The translations under genes and the position numbers were made by a program. Shown in pieces: positions 61,859 to 64,000 of a stretch of 64,000 nt of DNA. Source of the DNA: the human T2T-CHM13v2.0 reference genome, Homo sapiens; the NCBI RefSeq assembly GCF_009914755.1, contig NC_060947.1. The stretch is one strand, 5' to 3'. Each line of letters begins with the position of its first letter. Position 1 is the first letter of the stretch. The notes beneath the pieces are model-generated. The model worked only from the letters and a program-made list of their open reading frames with translations, was not told the origin of the DNA and did no database searches.

Positions 61859-62452
61859 TGTAAAAAGTAAAGTAGAGGTTCCTCTTCAAAGACTTTCCTC
61901 CCTGTCTAATTAGGAATAAATAATAGCTTCTCTTAGAAGCAAAATTCATTCAAAAACCTGTGCTAACATTCTTAAATATCTGCTAGCCATAATAAAAAAA
62001 AATCAATGTACTTTATGTTCTTAGCTCCCACAATTTAACCTAAATATTTGCCCTGGCATCCTTAATACTGCTCCAAACAAGCATTAGGTCATAGCCTGTT
62101 CCTCTTCCTTATTTGAAGGGGTTTTTACCTTTCTCAACATTCCACAAGTTACTTCCTCCTTCCTTTGTTCTCCTCTGCCTTTGCCTCTTTTAAAAAGTTC
62201 TAAGTTGCTAGCCAGTCAAGACAAACACAAAATGTGAGGTCCCGTTCCAGCCAATAAGAACCAGACACAACAGTAGGGTAGACGCGTCAAGTTATAAATA
62301 ACCCTATCTCCTTTGTTCGGTATACTCTCGTAACAAAACTACTGGCAAGTGGACCCTTTCTACAGAAAGTATAAAAATAGCCTTACTAAAAAAAATAAAT
62401 CTATGTTCAAATACTATTTATTTATGGCACCAGAAAACAAACATTTCAAACA
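61859..62452 (+). mobile_element. Solo ERV LTR (LTR10C-like, HERV-I family)
   Basis: TG...CA termini with a 5-bp TSD CTAAA (61854-61858 and 62453-62457); CCAAT at 62251 and TATAAA at 62293. Confidence 0.85.
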
Positions 62453-62775
62453 CTAAAGATACAGCAAAGATAATCTTCATTAACCAAACTGATAAACAGT
62501 TTCAATAGACAGAGTTCAAATTTGTGAGAATAAACATTGGATTCCAAGAAGGTTATACTGATTGTTACTGGCCTGAATTTATGATAGTACAGTGCCTGCC
62601 ACAGTAACCGTAATTTATTTTGATACCTATACTGTACAAAATATCAGATAGCACTAGAGCAAGGAACTCACTAGTATAAATTTACATCTAAGACTTTAGA
62701 AGCAAAACATGAGCATTTATCCTAAGTGAGATGGGATGCATGGTAGAATTTGAACAGAAGAGTTACACGATATCA

Positions 62776-63108
<333 letters not shown>

Positions 63109-63734
63109 GGAATCCCTCTGGCCACTACATGAAGAACAAACCACATATGGGGCAAGACTACAGTCAGAGAGACCACTGAGGAAGCTGTTGCAATAATCCA
63201 GATGAAATATAATGGTGGCTTGGTGGTAACAGTAGAGTTGATGAGACGTGATTGGATTTTTAATACATTTTAAAAGTAAAGCAAACAAGCTTTGCTGGTG
63301 AATTGGATGTAGGCTATGAAAGAAAGAGTCAAAGATCACTCCGGGTTTTTGGATTAAACAGCTAGAAGGATGAAATTAACATCAATTTAGATGAGAAAGA
63401 TTGCTGGTAAAATAGGCTTAAAGGGAAGACTGAAAGTTTAGTTAAGTTTATGATATCTATTAGCAACCCAAGTGTAGATGTTGAGAAGGCAATTGGATAT
63501 ACAAATCTGGAGTTTGGCAGAGAGGTCAAGGATGGAGATACAAATTTGAGAATTGTCAGCTAGAGATGGTTACTCAAATATTGTCTCTCAGCTAAAACTA
63601 AAAAGAAAATATCTTACCTCTTCAAAATCCCAGTGTACTGAAAAGTATTAAAGTCTAGACCTCAGGAGGGAAATTGGAAGGATAAATAGTGGGGGAAAGT
63701 TACTTGAAACAACTCTCCTTAAAAGAGACATCTG

Positions 63735-64000
63735 TGAACAGAGACCTCAGAAATAAAACCACACATCTACAACCATCTGATCTTTGACAAACCTGACAAA
63801 AACAAGCAATGGGGAAAGGATTCCCTATTTAATAAATGGTGCTGGGAAAACTGACTAGCCATATGCAGAAAACAGAAAGCCGACCCCTTCCTTACACCTT
63901 ATACAAAAATTAACTCATGATGGATTAAAGACTTAAATGCAAAACCCAAAACCATAAAAACCCTAGAAGAAAAACTAGGCAATACAATTCAGGACTTAGG
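63735..64000 (+). mobile_element. L1PA ORF2 region (runs off the window end)
   Basis: catctacaaccatctgatctttgacaaacctgacaaaaacaagcaatggggaaaggattccctatttaataaatgg is classic L1PA ORF2. Confidence 0.95.

Overview
Human-type genomic DNA from the Xp22 BMX/ACE2 locus. The + strand carries the last three coding exons of the Tec-family kinase BMX; its final intron has a GC donor and contains an HNRNPDL processed pseudogene. The - strand carries the complete ACE2 gene: 18 coding exons whose lengths sum to 2418 nt (805 aa + stop), plus the proximal promoter, the distal non-coding first exon and the 3' UTR. The rest is intronic or intergenic DNA rich in Alu, MIR, L1, L2, LTR and DNA-transposon relics. 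The main hidden element is an internal, retroelement-built transcription unit in the intron between ACE2 coding exons 8 and 9 (about 35258-35430). A MIR supplies a perfect ISRE and a TATA box, and an antisense LTR16 supplies an ATG, the peptide MREAGWDKGG and a consensus splice donor that joins coding exon 9 in frame. This predicts an interferon-inducible, N-terminally truncated 459-aa ACE2, which I recognise as the dACE2 / MIRb-ACE2 / short ACE2 isoform. Other observations: GAS and ISRE clusters, a candidate LTR10-derived far-upstream first exon in a G-depleted LTR, an L2-donated polyA signal, and the c.439+4A splice-region allele. Repeat subfamily names and boundaries were judged by eye from remembered consensus sequences and are approximate.
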